This document shows positions 53,701 through 63,768 of a stretch of 64,000 nucleotides of DNA, one piece after another. The DNA comes from Thalia democratica (Eukaryota): positions 50,034,001 through 50,098,000 of the forward strand of contig OZ241832.1 of the NCBI GenBank assembly GCA_965202585.1. Direction: 5' to 3'. The translations under genes and the position numbers were made by a program. The number at the start of each line of letters is the position of its first letter. Position 1 is the stretch's first letter. The notes under the pieces were generated by a model that saw only the letters and a program-made list of their open reading frames with translations, had not been told where the DNA came from and did no database searches.

Positions 53701-56700
53701 TAAATGGAAAATTGTTGTAAAACTAGAGCAGCAGTAAAGAACTACAAATCGTTAAAATTCACATAAAGGTTTATGATATTGAGATGAGATATACAAATTA
53801 TGATTTCAATATAATTAAAGTCAAAATATACGAGTGTTAAGTATTTTTGCATGCTGAAAATTTTAGGTGGCTTTTATTGAATTCAGTATTTCATACCATA
53901 ATTGAGCTTCTTTATAATAACTTTATGGTGGCTTTTAAAAAAGTCTTAGCTTTCGAGTAAGTCGATAACTTTATCTGTTAAAACGCCACAAGTAAAGTAA
54001 ACAACTAAAGAAACCAATTGCTTTCAATTATATTATTCTTACTTGTTGAAAACTTATACGTTTTAATTTAAGGCGATTATGTACATCATACCTAAAACTA
54101 TTTTCATTTCATTTCACCCTTATCATCTCACGGCTATCTTAAGCTTTTTATTACCGGGTGATATAAGGGACAAAATTGTAGCAGTATAAGTGCAATTGTT
54201 GTTTTTATGTGCACAGTAATTGCTTTTGTTTTTAAGATCGTATACTAGTTGTATTATGTATTAACTAAACTTTAACACATGAAACTTATTTTTGATAAGC
54301 TTTAAATTTATAAAATCGGTTATAAACTTTCTCAGCTTTAAATTGTTTTACAAGTTGTATATATAAAGTTTTGTTATTTTAATTAATAAAACTTTCAAGT
54401 AGTTTCTAAAAAGATTTTTAATACCAAGTACTAAACTTCTTTGAAAACATCACTTAACTACTAACACACCGGATGCGAAGGCGCTTGTAACTTTTAAACA
54501 TGTTTAAGTTACAACATCAATTTTTGATAAGCAAAAATGTCACTTACACGCATTTAGTTTGCAAAGGAAAAAAAAACGAATTAGCACTTTATCTCCGCTA
54601 CACATGTTTCCAGAAGCTTTTTAAACTCCATTCAAATTCTTCAAGCAGATTTCAATCTGCCGTGTTTCGAAAACAAGCAAAAAGTTTGCTTTAGCTCCCG
54701 CAAATAAGATTTTAAAAATTTAAACATGCCCCCTTAACAAGAGTGTTTAGGGGTTGCCGAACCCTTTTGATCACTTACATTAAATTGTGTTGTGCGACGT
54801 TTGCTTTCTTCATGTAATTGATCGCTGATCTTGTACTTTCTGATGACGAATTCATGAGATTGATACCTTATCTTGTGGCGTTCGCTTGTATCAACATTCA
54901 ATTGAGTTTTCTTCTTTCATCAATGGCGCGCCGCCCGTAATTCGTTTTTTGATGTCTTTATAATTTTTTGAGTATTATGCGATAGCTCCATTATCATCGC
55001 TCTGTGTGCCTAACAACCGCCAGCTAAAAAGCATCATAATGCGACCAACTCAAATGCGTGTGTGTATTTATAAAACAAATTTCATACTGATGCGGCACCG
55101 CGAGAAAAAGCACTCGTGTTTTCTTTGATGAAAGTTTTATTCGTTTAGTGACGTTGACACTTGAAATAATCAAAATGCTTCAAGTTAATCTTGTTATTGT
55201 TATGTTTTAATGCTTCAGAACTATATTTCTTAATATTTTTCTTAATGTGACACTCATATTATGGTATATGATTATTAAAAAAAAATATTATTACATAACC
55301 ATGATTTTTCTAAAAAATTTGACTAAAAAACATAATTTTTTTTTAATTGCAGCTCAAAACTAATTTCAATCTCCACTGCAAGACTGAAAAGCACTCGAAC
55401 AAAATCAACATGATAAACCATGTAAGGGAAGGTGGCGCTAAGAGCGAATGGCTCATACCTTTTGCAATCAGTGGAAACTTGAATCCGGTAGGAGAATTGT
55501 TTAATTATTTTCGTTTGAAACCGTAATTTATATTAAACATTAAGCATTTTTTTAATATAAATCTCAGTTTTTTATACCGACAGGAAAAGCGCAAACGCAA
55601 AACAGTGAATAAGAAAAGATCAAGTTTTATTTATTTGCTATTGATTATCGATTAATTACCTTCAGAAATACTTAATTTTATTTTGAATTAAACTTTATAA
55701 AGCTTATTACGTTCTTAATCATTGGAGTAATTATTTCCGCCAACAATTTAATACGTTTGTTTTTTGCTTTGCCATACGCTTTCATTTCTATTTTCTGTTG
55801 GCCTTCGCATGACACGTTTAATCGCAATTACTTTAAAAGCAAGTCAATTACCACTGGTTTAATTTGCTAAGAGGATTTTTATCGCGTTTTCAAAAAATTC
55901 CTTATATTTTTCTTGTTGCCTGCACGATTGGATTTCATTGCGGCGACCGATAAGACGACAGCAGACTCAAGCGAAATTAAATGCGCTGCCACTATCCTGT
56001 TAACCTTTCTTTTGTTTATAGAATTTTTTTACTCGTGTTTAAATTAAGTTGTTTCGTTCTTACGTTGATAATCACAACTTAGTCGAGAGTTTGCAAGAAT
56101 TGAATTACACGTTTTATTGAGAATATTTTTTTAATTAATAAATTAATCAACAGATTGCGACGTGCAACGTGTGCAGGTTTCCCGCCAACACTCTGGAGAA
56201 GCTGAAGGCTCACTGCTCGTCCGAAGGCCACTGCACCTCGCTGGGAGTTTGCCGGGTCAGTTTGCAGTTAATTGCGCCCTTTGATGCGCCGCCGCTATTG
56301 TTCAGCGCATGCTGAAAAGTCCTTCCTTTTCTTGCGAGTCCAATTTCAAACGCGTTACGTCCCAAAGTTTTTAATTTTCCGTTTGCAGCATCTAATTGCG
56401 AAAGAGTAGCCGCCGGTAATTGTTTGATGACCTTTTCATAGCAGACACAATGCTGAATTAAGAACAAAATTAAGTAATTGCCGAGCGCATTTATCATACA
56501 CCAAGATATAAACTTCTTGCTGAAATTTCAGGCGCGTTCGATCTGACAACGCTGGCAATTTAACAAGATATCGGCCCACTATCAGCAGCCACTCTCATCT
56601 ATGCGCGATTGCAAACTTCAAATTATGAAACGTGTTGCGTTTTATTGAGGGCGAAATTTCGATGGGTATCTTTCGCGGCGACCTTCTGTGTCGGCTGAAA

Positions 56701-59700
56701 TCAAAGGGCCGAGTGGCGAGTCTAACAATTTAATGCTAATAACCGTAAAATCTGGCTGGCGGCGCAACTTAAAGTGTTCTGATTTGGTGATTAGCCGGTG
56801 GTCCTCTGTGGTGACAAAGTTAGGCGCTTTATTTTGATGTTTCTAATCTGGCAAAGTTATTTTGGTAGCAATTATAAGGGTGTGCGGGAGTTTTGGCAGT
56901 GTTAATTTTTTCTTATGTTTTGTTTTTGCAGATTCTCGACAACATGATGAAAACTTACCCGCTGAGATTCAACGTGCCAAAGAATGTCGCGCTGAAGTTT
57001 GCTTGCAACGTCTGTGATGACTTTTCAACTACTGTGAGTTAAAGAGCATAAACAATAATTTCTTAAAATGTATATTAGTTTAAAACAAAAACAAACAAAA
57101 TGCAAAATCTAGTTCATTTTTCAGTTCAGTTTTGCTAGTTTAACTAAAAAGTAACTACTACCTATCAGTAAGTGTTTCTTACTTAGTTAACTTGGTTGGT
57201 AAACAAACACATACTTTTTAGTTTGTCATCGAAGTGTTTCAACATTTAAGCGATGAAAAGCACACAATGAATCAAGTAAAATCCAAATTCAATTCAAGCT
57301 TCAGATCTGGTAGCATTACAGACATAATAAGCATTCAAGAAGTTGATTTAAATTCTACAAATGAAGGTTTTTTTACCAAAAAATTCTTAACTTATATTAA
57401 GTAATTTATCTCTTATTAAACCTAGTAAAGTCACATTACTTAATTTATCTTTTTTTTTTATGACGTTATGAAGTTAAAATTATTTTAGTGTATTCTAGCA
57501 ATCACTACATAAAAATATTGATTACTTTTAAAGAAGCATCTAATGTTGTTGATTCACCAATAAGAACAAGTGAAGCGAATGTTGAACAAATGAAAAACAA
57601 CAAATCGGATACTACTTCAAATACAGCCAATCAAAACTTGGTAAACATTTAAATTAATAAATATTATCTCTATATAATAATAATCTACCACATATTTTTA
57701 TAAAGCTTGACTTTAAAGAAACTAGTTTTTATATTTTAAGTAATGGCACAAGTTACTAAAAATTTATAAGTAGTATATAAAAATCACTTTGTTTATATTT
57801 CGTTTCAATAAGTCTTTCTGCAGGATTTCAATATGATGAGTATTTGCCAATCTCTGTTTTCTGAAAAGATGAAATCTCAAGCGATTAAGGAACAAGAAAG
57901 TCAACACAACTCCACAAACGGTAAAAACACAACTTTACAACCAAAATTAACTTTAACATGTTTTGTTCTGCGTAATAATAATTTTTCTAAGAGAAAATTA
58001 AAAGGTCTAGCAGCTTGCAGCAATTTTTCTTTGTCTTTAATGAAATTTAATTCGAATTGCGCGTTTGAAAGCGAAAACAACGCGAACGCATAAAATAATT
58101 TGGGTCTGGTAAGAAAGAAACATAATCAAATCTCGCTTTTTGAATTTAGAAAGGAGTTGACAAATTGCACGAATGACAACATAAGAAGCGAGCTACACAC
58201 ATTATAATTCGGTTACAAATTCATATTGACGAATGTCATTGTTTCCCTTTGTGTGTTTTTGTGCGCGTTGGCAATAATTATTTTAGTGGCAAAGCTCAAC
58301 TTAGCAGCGAGCGCTTAAAAGACTTTCGATGTGAGGCGCGCATGTATATAGAAGAGCTTGCTGCGAGCGCAAAAGCTGTAATATAATCGAATGAGGTCCA
58401 GTAAAAATGTCGATATAAATTTATACTTAGCTGCTTGTTACTTTTGCCGGCGAGTCAATCAAAAGCGCAGAGCGAGCTTGCACAAATGAGCTTTTCTGTT
58501 TTTTTATTTGTTTTCATTTTGCAGGTGAAGATTCTCAGCCTTCGCTCAACGAAAGCAAAGTCGCCGACTTTAATAAACAAGATGCTTCAGTGAGTCTTTA
58601 TTTTAGCTACAACTTCTTTCGAAAACATTGTAATACCTTGCTAATTTAAATTTTTGAGTCTTGATTGACAGTAGATGATAAAAGGCTTTCATATTTTTAT
58701 AAACTTTTCTGTTTGATAGAATTTCACTAAACATGTAATCAATTTGTATGTTATTGTTTAAGAAAAACATTTTTTAATTAATTTTTCACATAATAAAACG
58801 ACAAACCCTAATCTTTATTTTTATTTAAGGAAAATGAACCGCAGCAGAAAGAGCAAGATTTTTCAGATAATTACCAAAGTAATGAAAATACTGTATCATC
58901 AGTTTCGAGAAAAGCAAATTCCCATCCTAACATCAACAACTTAATTAACGGTTCTGAGTCTGACAAAAACGACGCAGATTTGAAAAACAGATCGAACTCT
59001 TGTCCTCCGATTCAAAAAGAGTTACTAAACGTCAGCACTTCAGACTTCCTGAACAAAGAGAGGCAGAGGGGCAAAAACCTTCAAGACAAAAGAACCGACG
59101 CGAGCCTGGACTCGACTTCAAGCTCGAACGAAGAAAAGGCGGAAGAGCCGCAGAAGAAAGAAAGCAGCTCGAACATCAAGAACGTTTTCGACGGCATCGT
59201 CTCCAAACTGATGGACCAAAACGCGTTCAAGGCGGGCGGCGCGAACCCACTGATGAACCAGAACCCGATGGCCAGCATCAACCCCCTGCAGCAAATGCAG
59301 CAGCAGCAGCAGGCAATGGGAATGCTCTACTCGATGCTGATCAACTCTCCGTACCAGAGTATGGCAGCTAATAACCAGCAGGGCGGCATGAACCCGACCT
59401 TCGTGCAGAACCCGTACGCGCTGCAGGCGTTCCAGCAGCAGGTGCTGGCCAACTCGCTGCTCCAGTCGCAGCAGAGAAGCAGCAGCGAGCAGGGTCTCAG
59501 CAGCCAACCGGCGCAGAAGAGCTGCCACCCGTTCGCCGCAGCGCTTCCGATGCTGAACGCCATGAAGAACCGCGTCGAAATTCCTCAAGCACCACAGGCC
59601 ATGGGAGTTTCGAGCTACACTCCGACTTCGAGCTACCTGCGGAACGACTCGAAGCTGCTCGCGCCCTTCCAAAAGCAGCAGCAGGCGCAGAATAAGGTGC

Positions 59701-62700
59701 ATGCGGGCCAGCAGCAGCCGGGCGAAGTGATCAGGAGACCTCGAACTCGAATTTCGGACGAGCAGCTGAAGATACTCAGGGAAAACTTTGACATCACCAC
59801 TGTTCCGGGCGAGGAGCAGATTCAAAGCATGGCTCATCAGACGAACCTGCCTATAAAGGTCATCAAGCATTGGTTCAGAAACACCCTTTTCAAAGAAAGG
59901 CAGCGTTCCAAGGACTCTCCGTACAACTTTAACATTCCTCCTAAACTGACGCTCGATGACGCATACAACAACAAAAAGAAGTCCCAGCCGGAAAAAACTA
60001 ACGAACAAGCTGTAAAGGTTCAGGAGTCAGATAAGAAATACTCGTTGGATTTGACCAAAGATGTAAAAGCTATAAACTTTAGTAATAAACTACCAGAACC
60101 AGAAAGTAACAGTTGTAAATTGAAAGACACTCTACGTATGACTTCAAACACATCGCCAAAAATAAACCCGGGCTTCAATTTGGACATAAGTCAGAACGGA
60201 GAAGATAGCAACTTGGACTTGTCTTCCTTTTTGAACGAGAACAACAATATGTCGTTTGATGGCAACTTGTCGCTTTCCGCATCCCAACGCCGACCGGCCC
60301 GAACAAAGTTCTCCGACTTTCAGCTGAACTTCCTGAAGAACCTGTTCCGCCAGAACCCCTACCCCAAGGACGAGGACCTGGACAGCCTGTCCAAGAGCCT
60401 GAACCTTTCCCAGCGCGTCATAGTGGTCTGGTTTCAGAACGCGAGGCAGAAAGCGCGCAGGCAGCTAGAGCAGCAACAAAGCTCGTCGCAGTTTCTTATG
60501 AACTTGCAACAGTCCAAACCCGAAAATGCTGAAAACAAGCTGAGCAACCCCTCAAGCTCCAGCTTGACATTCGTAGCGCCTTTGGAAAACAAAGATGAAC
60601 AAATCAACTCGTTTGTAAAAAATTTGTCATCGAACGAGGCTGCTTCAGAAAACAACGATGCTGCTTCTAACCTAGCCTCGAATGCTTCGAAAAATGAAAA
60701 CGAAAGAAACAACAGCGATTATCAAAAAAGGCTGTTGTTGATGTTCGAGCATTTAACCCGAATGGGAAGCATGAAGCAAAACAACGTTGACTCAAACGGT
60801 TCCACCGGAATCAGCAGCAAAAACAATCACATGGAAAAAGTCAACGAAGGCATCAACAGAGGAGCGGAACATTCGCAAAAGGGAAGCTTCCAATTACCGA
60901 TGATTTCTTCTCACCAGAAACAAAGCAGCCAGCAACTGAAGCGCACATATGCTATGTCTGCCATGAACCAAATACCTTCGGCGGCATACGGCAATCAGAC
61001 CGTGCTTCCCACCCAAGACTACAATTTCTCTAAAGGTAAATAATATTGTAATTACTGTTGTTGTTCGTGTACTGAACGTTAAATTTATTTGTAGCGCAAA
61101 TCGATGAGAAAAACGCAAGCATGGCGCACAAAGAATCGAAGCGTCTTAGAACTACAATAACTTCGGACCAACTGAAAATATTGTACGATTATTACAACAA
61201 CGACCACAGCCCGTCTCGAAAAGTCATCGAGCAGATAGCGCAAGAAGTCGACCTTAAAAAAAGAGTCGTGCAGGTAAAATATTTTTTAGTACACTTTTCT
61301 TTGAATTTTTTTTTTTAATTTTAAACGTTTTTAGTTTGTTTTAACAAAACTGCAGATCGCTTAAGTTTCAATCAACTTGCAGGTGTGGTTTCAAAACACC
61401 AGAGCCCGGCAAAGAAAAGGGCAGGGCCGCTCGGGCCTGCCCAACAGGTTCATCAACAACTCGAGCTCGCTGAGAGTGGGAACGCACTCGAGCTCGATGC
61501 TGCATTCTCACGACGACCTCGAGAACCACATGCGCTCGATGCAGAGCGAGAAGCCCATGTTCACGTCGCAGGTAAACATGCAATGCAATAAACACAAGCA
61601 TCCGATTGTGTGCGCCGACCGCAAAACTCGAAAGTTGTGAACTAAAAGCTTTTTTAACGAATCGAATAACTTTCACAGTTGCCACTCAAAACACAAAACA
61701 TCGGCGAGAGTGCATTAACAAGCAGCAGCGCTTCAAACAGTTACTCTGCAGACAAGCCCGCGCTACAAGCCACCGCCAGAGTAATTCCAAACAACAAATC
61801 TGCAATATCGTCTTTCAATTTTCGTCACGAAGGTAAGTGGAAACAACATTTGGCTTGTGGATAAGTTACCTTTTGGTCGTGTTGTTAGTGAAAACAAATT
61901 TAGCATGAGAAAAAACGGCATACGCCATGAACTAGCTTACGACATATTTGTTTCTATGTTACTCAACTAACTTTGAATTAAAAACAACTTTGCATAAAAG
62001 CAAAACAAAATATTAAATTAGCCGCCACGATCAATCCTTCAATGTTTTCAGCAGATTTCGAAAGGTCAACCGGCTACGGCAAAGCGGAGCCTCAGAGCAG
62101 CAACTTCCAGCAGAGCTTCAACAACCCGCTGAGCCTGGTGAGCAAGGCATATGGGGCGGATCGATTCGAGAACTCACCCACCCTCTTGAATCACATGGAT
62201 TTGAGCGCGAAGACGGCGACATCGGCTGCGCAACCGCAGGTAAGCGGAAAAATGAAGGAGCTGTTCGCCAACAACCACAACAACTCGAACTCGTCGTTCG
62301 TCGATCACAACAGTGCTGGTGATCCGCTGCAGCTTTTCGGCAAGATCGGAGGCCCGCTGAGCTTTGCAAGCAGTCAGGGCTCGAAGGAGGAAGCGACGAA
62401 AGTGCAAAGAGGAGCGCTGTCACAAAGCTTGTTAGGTGAGTGTGTAATAGCCAATATGATATTACTTTCTGATATTAAACAATAAAAATAAAAAACGCGA
62501 TTAAAAGTTCTATAACGTACGGTTTTTAAAACAAGTATTAAAATAACGTAACATAAACAAACCAAAGCTCTCTTTCCCTTTTACATTGCTCGATGAAAAA
62601 GTAGAGCTTTTGACGTGAGCACATATTAACTTTTGAAAGTTGACCAAGCTGCAATGAGCAGACAACTGACCTATATTCGCACCCGCCTCGGCTATAAACT

Positions 62701-63655
62701 GGTGACATATAGACCATCGACAGTTGTTGGCAGCAACAAATCTGTTGCACAGAAAAATGTAATAACGATGACGGCTTCCGCGCCGCTGCTGATAATGAAG
62801 TTCGCTGCCCGACAAACATCATTGCACTTGCGCTCTTTTCATTTTGCGCTAGCTAGTTCGTTAGTGACGATCAATATAATGAAATTGACAGGTGCTGCTG
62901 GTGGTGAGCAAAAGCGGCATCGAACGCACTTGTCAGTGGCGCAAATCAGGGTTATGAGATCGTGCTTCCGAAACTGCAGGAACCCGAGCTTGAGCGAGTG
63001 CGAGGTGATGGCGAACGCGATCGGGCTGGAGAAGAGAGTCGTGCAAGTGAGTCCTTTGGTTGTATGTATTTATTATTAAAAGTTAATTGGTTTTATTAAT
63101 AATTACTGAAAAATATTTGAAAAAAAAAGTTAATATAGTTGCTACAGAAAATCTTTTATATCAATTATTGTTTTATGTATCATTTGAATAAAAAAATAAT
63201 AGATACTCTATTTTGATTATTTTAGCGTGCTAAAAAATTACTTTTTGTTAAAATGTTTTAAAAAAGATACTTTGCATTATAACGGTTATATCAGACTCAT
63301 TTTTTCTTTTTGACACGTAAATTTAAAAAAAAATAGTTTTGCCTTTTTAATAAAATATATGTTACTGTTCGCAGGTCTGGTTCCAAAACACCAGGTCCAG
63401 AGAGCGCAAGCAACAAGACTTCCAGTCACGTGACTTTGTCGACGGGTTAGTGGTGTTTTGTTGAAAAGCTCATGGAAACAAATTGTTAGTGATTTAATAC
63501 TTTTGCTTTTACTTACAGAATTCAAGTTGCCACCCAGTGCGGTATTTGCGACCCGAAAGTCGCCTTCAGCAGCGTTAATCACGCGAGGAGCCACCTACTG
63601 TCGCACCAGCACATCGTTCGGCTGAAGGCAGCCATCGAAAGCGGTGAAGATTTCG
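44336..63655 (+). CDS. zfh2: Zinc finger homeobox transcription factor, ZFHX3/ZFHX4/Zfh2 (ATBF1) family; 22-exon core CDS (5' and 3' ends uncertain)
   Basis: Spliced translation contains family hallmarks: [81 protein letters not shown], and four homeodomains ([23 protein letters not shown] followed by KDSPYNF; [18 protein letters not shown]; [17 protein letters not shown]; [17 protein letters not shown]). All 21 internal junctions are GT-AG and phase-compatible with no in-frame stop. Confidence 0.95.
45424..45707 (+). CDS. zfh2: Core exon C2, ends in N-half of ZF1 ([14 protein letters not shown])
   Basis: ggtag| acceptor in phase 0; donor aa|gtttgt in phase 2; conserved ZFHX motif. Confidence 0.9.
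47331..47454 (+). CDS. zfh2: Core exon C3 ([11 protein letters not shown]...CHYC...[15 protein letters not shown])
   Basis: ttcag| acceptor in phase 2; aag|gttcga donor; near-invariant ZFHX motif. Confidence 0.95.
47489..47680. mobile_element. 192-bp MITE-like element in intron C3-C4
   Basis: 22-bp terminal inverted repeats with 3 mismatches (aaactgccgacattgagtttta / taaaactcgttttcggcagttt), flanked on both sides by taaac (possible 5-bp TSD). Confidence 0.4.
49295..49528 (+). CDS. zfh2: Core exon C4, ZF2 ([26 protein letters not shown])
   Basis: tttttttag| acceptor; aag|gtgagt donor; phase 0-0; conserved motif. Confidence 0.95.
51224..51377 (+). CDS. zfh2: Core exon C5, AT-rich linker ([10 protein letters not shown]...TPTMPSN)
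   Basis: tttcag| and |gtaagt sites; 51 open codons; supplies the phase 0 to 1 change needed between C4 and C6. Not in the + strand ORF track. Confidence 0.8.
52030..52451 (+). CDS. zfh2: Core exon C6, Q/M-rich low-complexity region
   Basis: ccgcag| acceptor in phase 1; ctg|gttgga donor in phase 0; very high GC3; lies within ORF 51993-52475. Confidence 0.9.
52622..52825 (+). CDS. zfh2: Core exon C7, degenerate ZF3 ([18 protein letters not shown]) and N-half of ZF4 ([10 protein letters not shown])
   Basis: TAGCAG tandem acceptor (start 52619 or 52622); act|gtgagt donor; resembles the ZFHX3 TTDN..EW..DSYQCKLC region. Confidence 0.92.
55353..55487 (+). CDS. zfh2: Core exon C8, C-half of ZF4 ([14 protein letters not shown]...[11 protein letters not shown])
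   Basis: ttgcag| acceptor; ccg|gtagga donor; phase 0-0; resembles ZFHX LKANFQLHCKTDKH..HIKEGG..NEW. Confidence 0.93.
56154..56255 (+). CDS. zfh2: Core exon C9, complete ZF5 ([23 protein letters not shown])
   Basis: caacag| acceptor; cgg|gtcagt donor; 102 nt, phase 0-0; resembles ZFHX CNACDYYTNSLEKLRLH. Confidence 0.92.
56932..57033 (+). CDS. zfh2: Core exon C10, N-half of ZF6 ([12 protein letters not shown])
   Basis: tttttgcag| acceptor; act|gtgagt donor; 102 nt, phase 0-0. Confidence 0.88.
57222..57366 (+). CDS. zfh2: Core exon C11, C-half of ZF6 ([14 protein letters not shown]) plus linker
   Basis: tttttag| acceptor; gaag|gttttt donor in phase 1; completes a C-x2-C...H-x5-H finger. Confidence 0.82.
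57534..57640 (+). CDS. zfh2: Core exon C12, AT-rich linker
   Basis: ttttaaag| acceptor in phase 1; ttg|gtaaac donor in phase 0; open frame. Confidence 0.72.
57824..57920 (+). CDS. zfh2: Core exon C13, linker
   Basis: tctttctgcag| acceptor in phase 0; acg|gtaaaa donor in phase 1; same frame as ORF 57833. Confidence 0.75.
58525..58589 (+). CDS. zfh2: Core exon C14, linker
   Basis: ttttgcag| acceptor in phase 1; tca|gtgagt donor in phase 0. Confidence 0.78.
58830..61035 (+). CDS. zfh2: Core exon C15 (2206 nt) containing HD1 (~59733-59912) and HD2 (~60288-60467)
   Basis: tttaag| acceptor in phase 0; aaag|gtaaat donor in phase 1; 687-aa ORF with two ZFHX-type homeodomains and polyQ tracts. Confidence 0.97.
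61095..61273 (+). CDS. zfh2: Core exon C16, HD3 helices 1-2 up to KKRVVQ
   Basis: ttgtag| acceptor in phase 1; cag|gtaaaa donor; KRLRTTIT motif. Confidence 0.95.
61383..61571 (+). CDS. zfh2: Core exon C17, HD3 recognition helix ([12 protein letters not shown]) and vestigial finger
   Basis: cttgcag| acceptor; cag|gtaaac donor; phase 0-0. Confidence 0.93.
61679..61832 (+). CDS. zfh2: Core exon C18, linker
   Basis: tttcacag| acceptor; gaag|gtaagt donor in phase 1. Confidence 0.85.
62055..62435 (+). CDS. zfh2: Core exon C19, linker
   Basis: CAGCAG tandem acceptor (start 62052 or 62055, both phase 1); ttag|gtgagt donor in phase 1; GC3-rich. Confidence 0.88.
62892..63046 (+). CDS. zfh2: Core exon C20, HD4 up to EKRVVQ
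   Basis: ttgacag| acceptor in phase 1; caa|gtgagt donor; resembles ZFHX3 HD4 (KRFRTQM..ECEVLGNDIGLPKRVVQ). Confidence 0.93.
63375..63445 (+). CDS. zfh2: Core exon C21, HD4 recognition helix ([12 protein letters not shown])
   Basis: ttcgcag| acceptor; gg|gttagt donor in phase 2. Confidence 0.92.
63519..63655 (+). CDS. zfh2: Core exon C22, post-HD4 zinc finger ZF7 ([25 protein letters not shown])
   Basis: cttacag| acceptor in phase 2; g|gttagt donor in phase 1; resembles the ZFHX post-HD4 finger (..DHIFSQQHI..). Confidence 0.9.
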
Positions 63656-63739
63656 GTTAGTCTTATTTCCTAAATTATCTTTAATCACATAACTGTTATA
63701 AAATGGAGTAAGCGCGATTAGCTACTTAGTGTTACGCAG

Positions 63740-63768
63740 ACATCATAAAAATTCACTTTCTTCGATAA
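63740..63768 (+). CDS. Candidate terminal coding exon (DIIKIHFLR*)
   Basis: gttacgcag| acceptor in phase 1 after an 84-nt intron gives a stop at 63766-63768. The gene may instead continue beyond the window. Confidence 0.3.

Noticed and set aside
54114-54170. Hairpin with a taccggg(t)-containing 3' arm, reminiscent of miR-36
   Set aside because: The stem is short and bulged, and the seed does not match CACCGGG.
59000-59371. 123-aa alternative-frame + ORF
   Set aside because: Non-ATG start and entirely within C15; expected from GC3 bias.
59118-60008. 296-aa minus-strand ORF (plus nested 59081-59281 and 59327-59563)
   Set aside because: Antisense shadow of the GC3-rich exon C15; high GC3 removes antisense stops and the peptide is L/R/V-rich without any motif.
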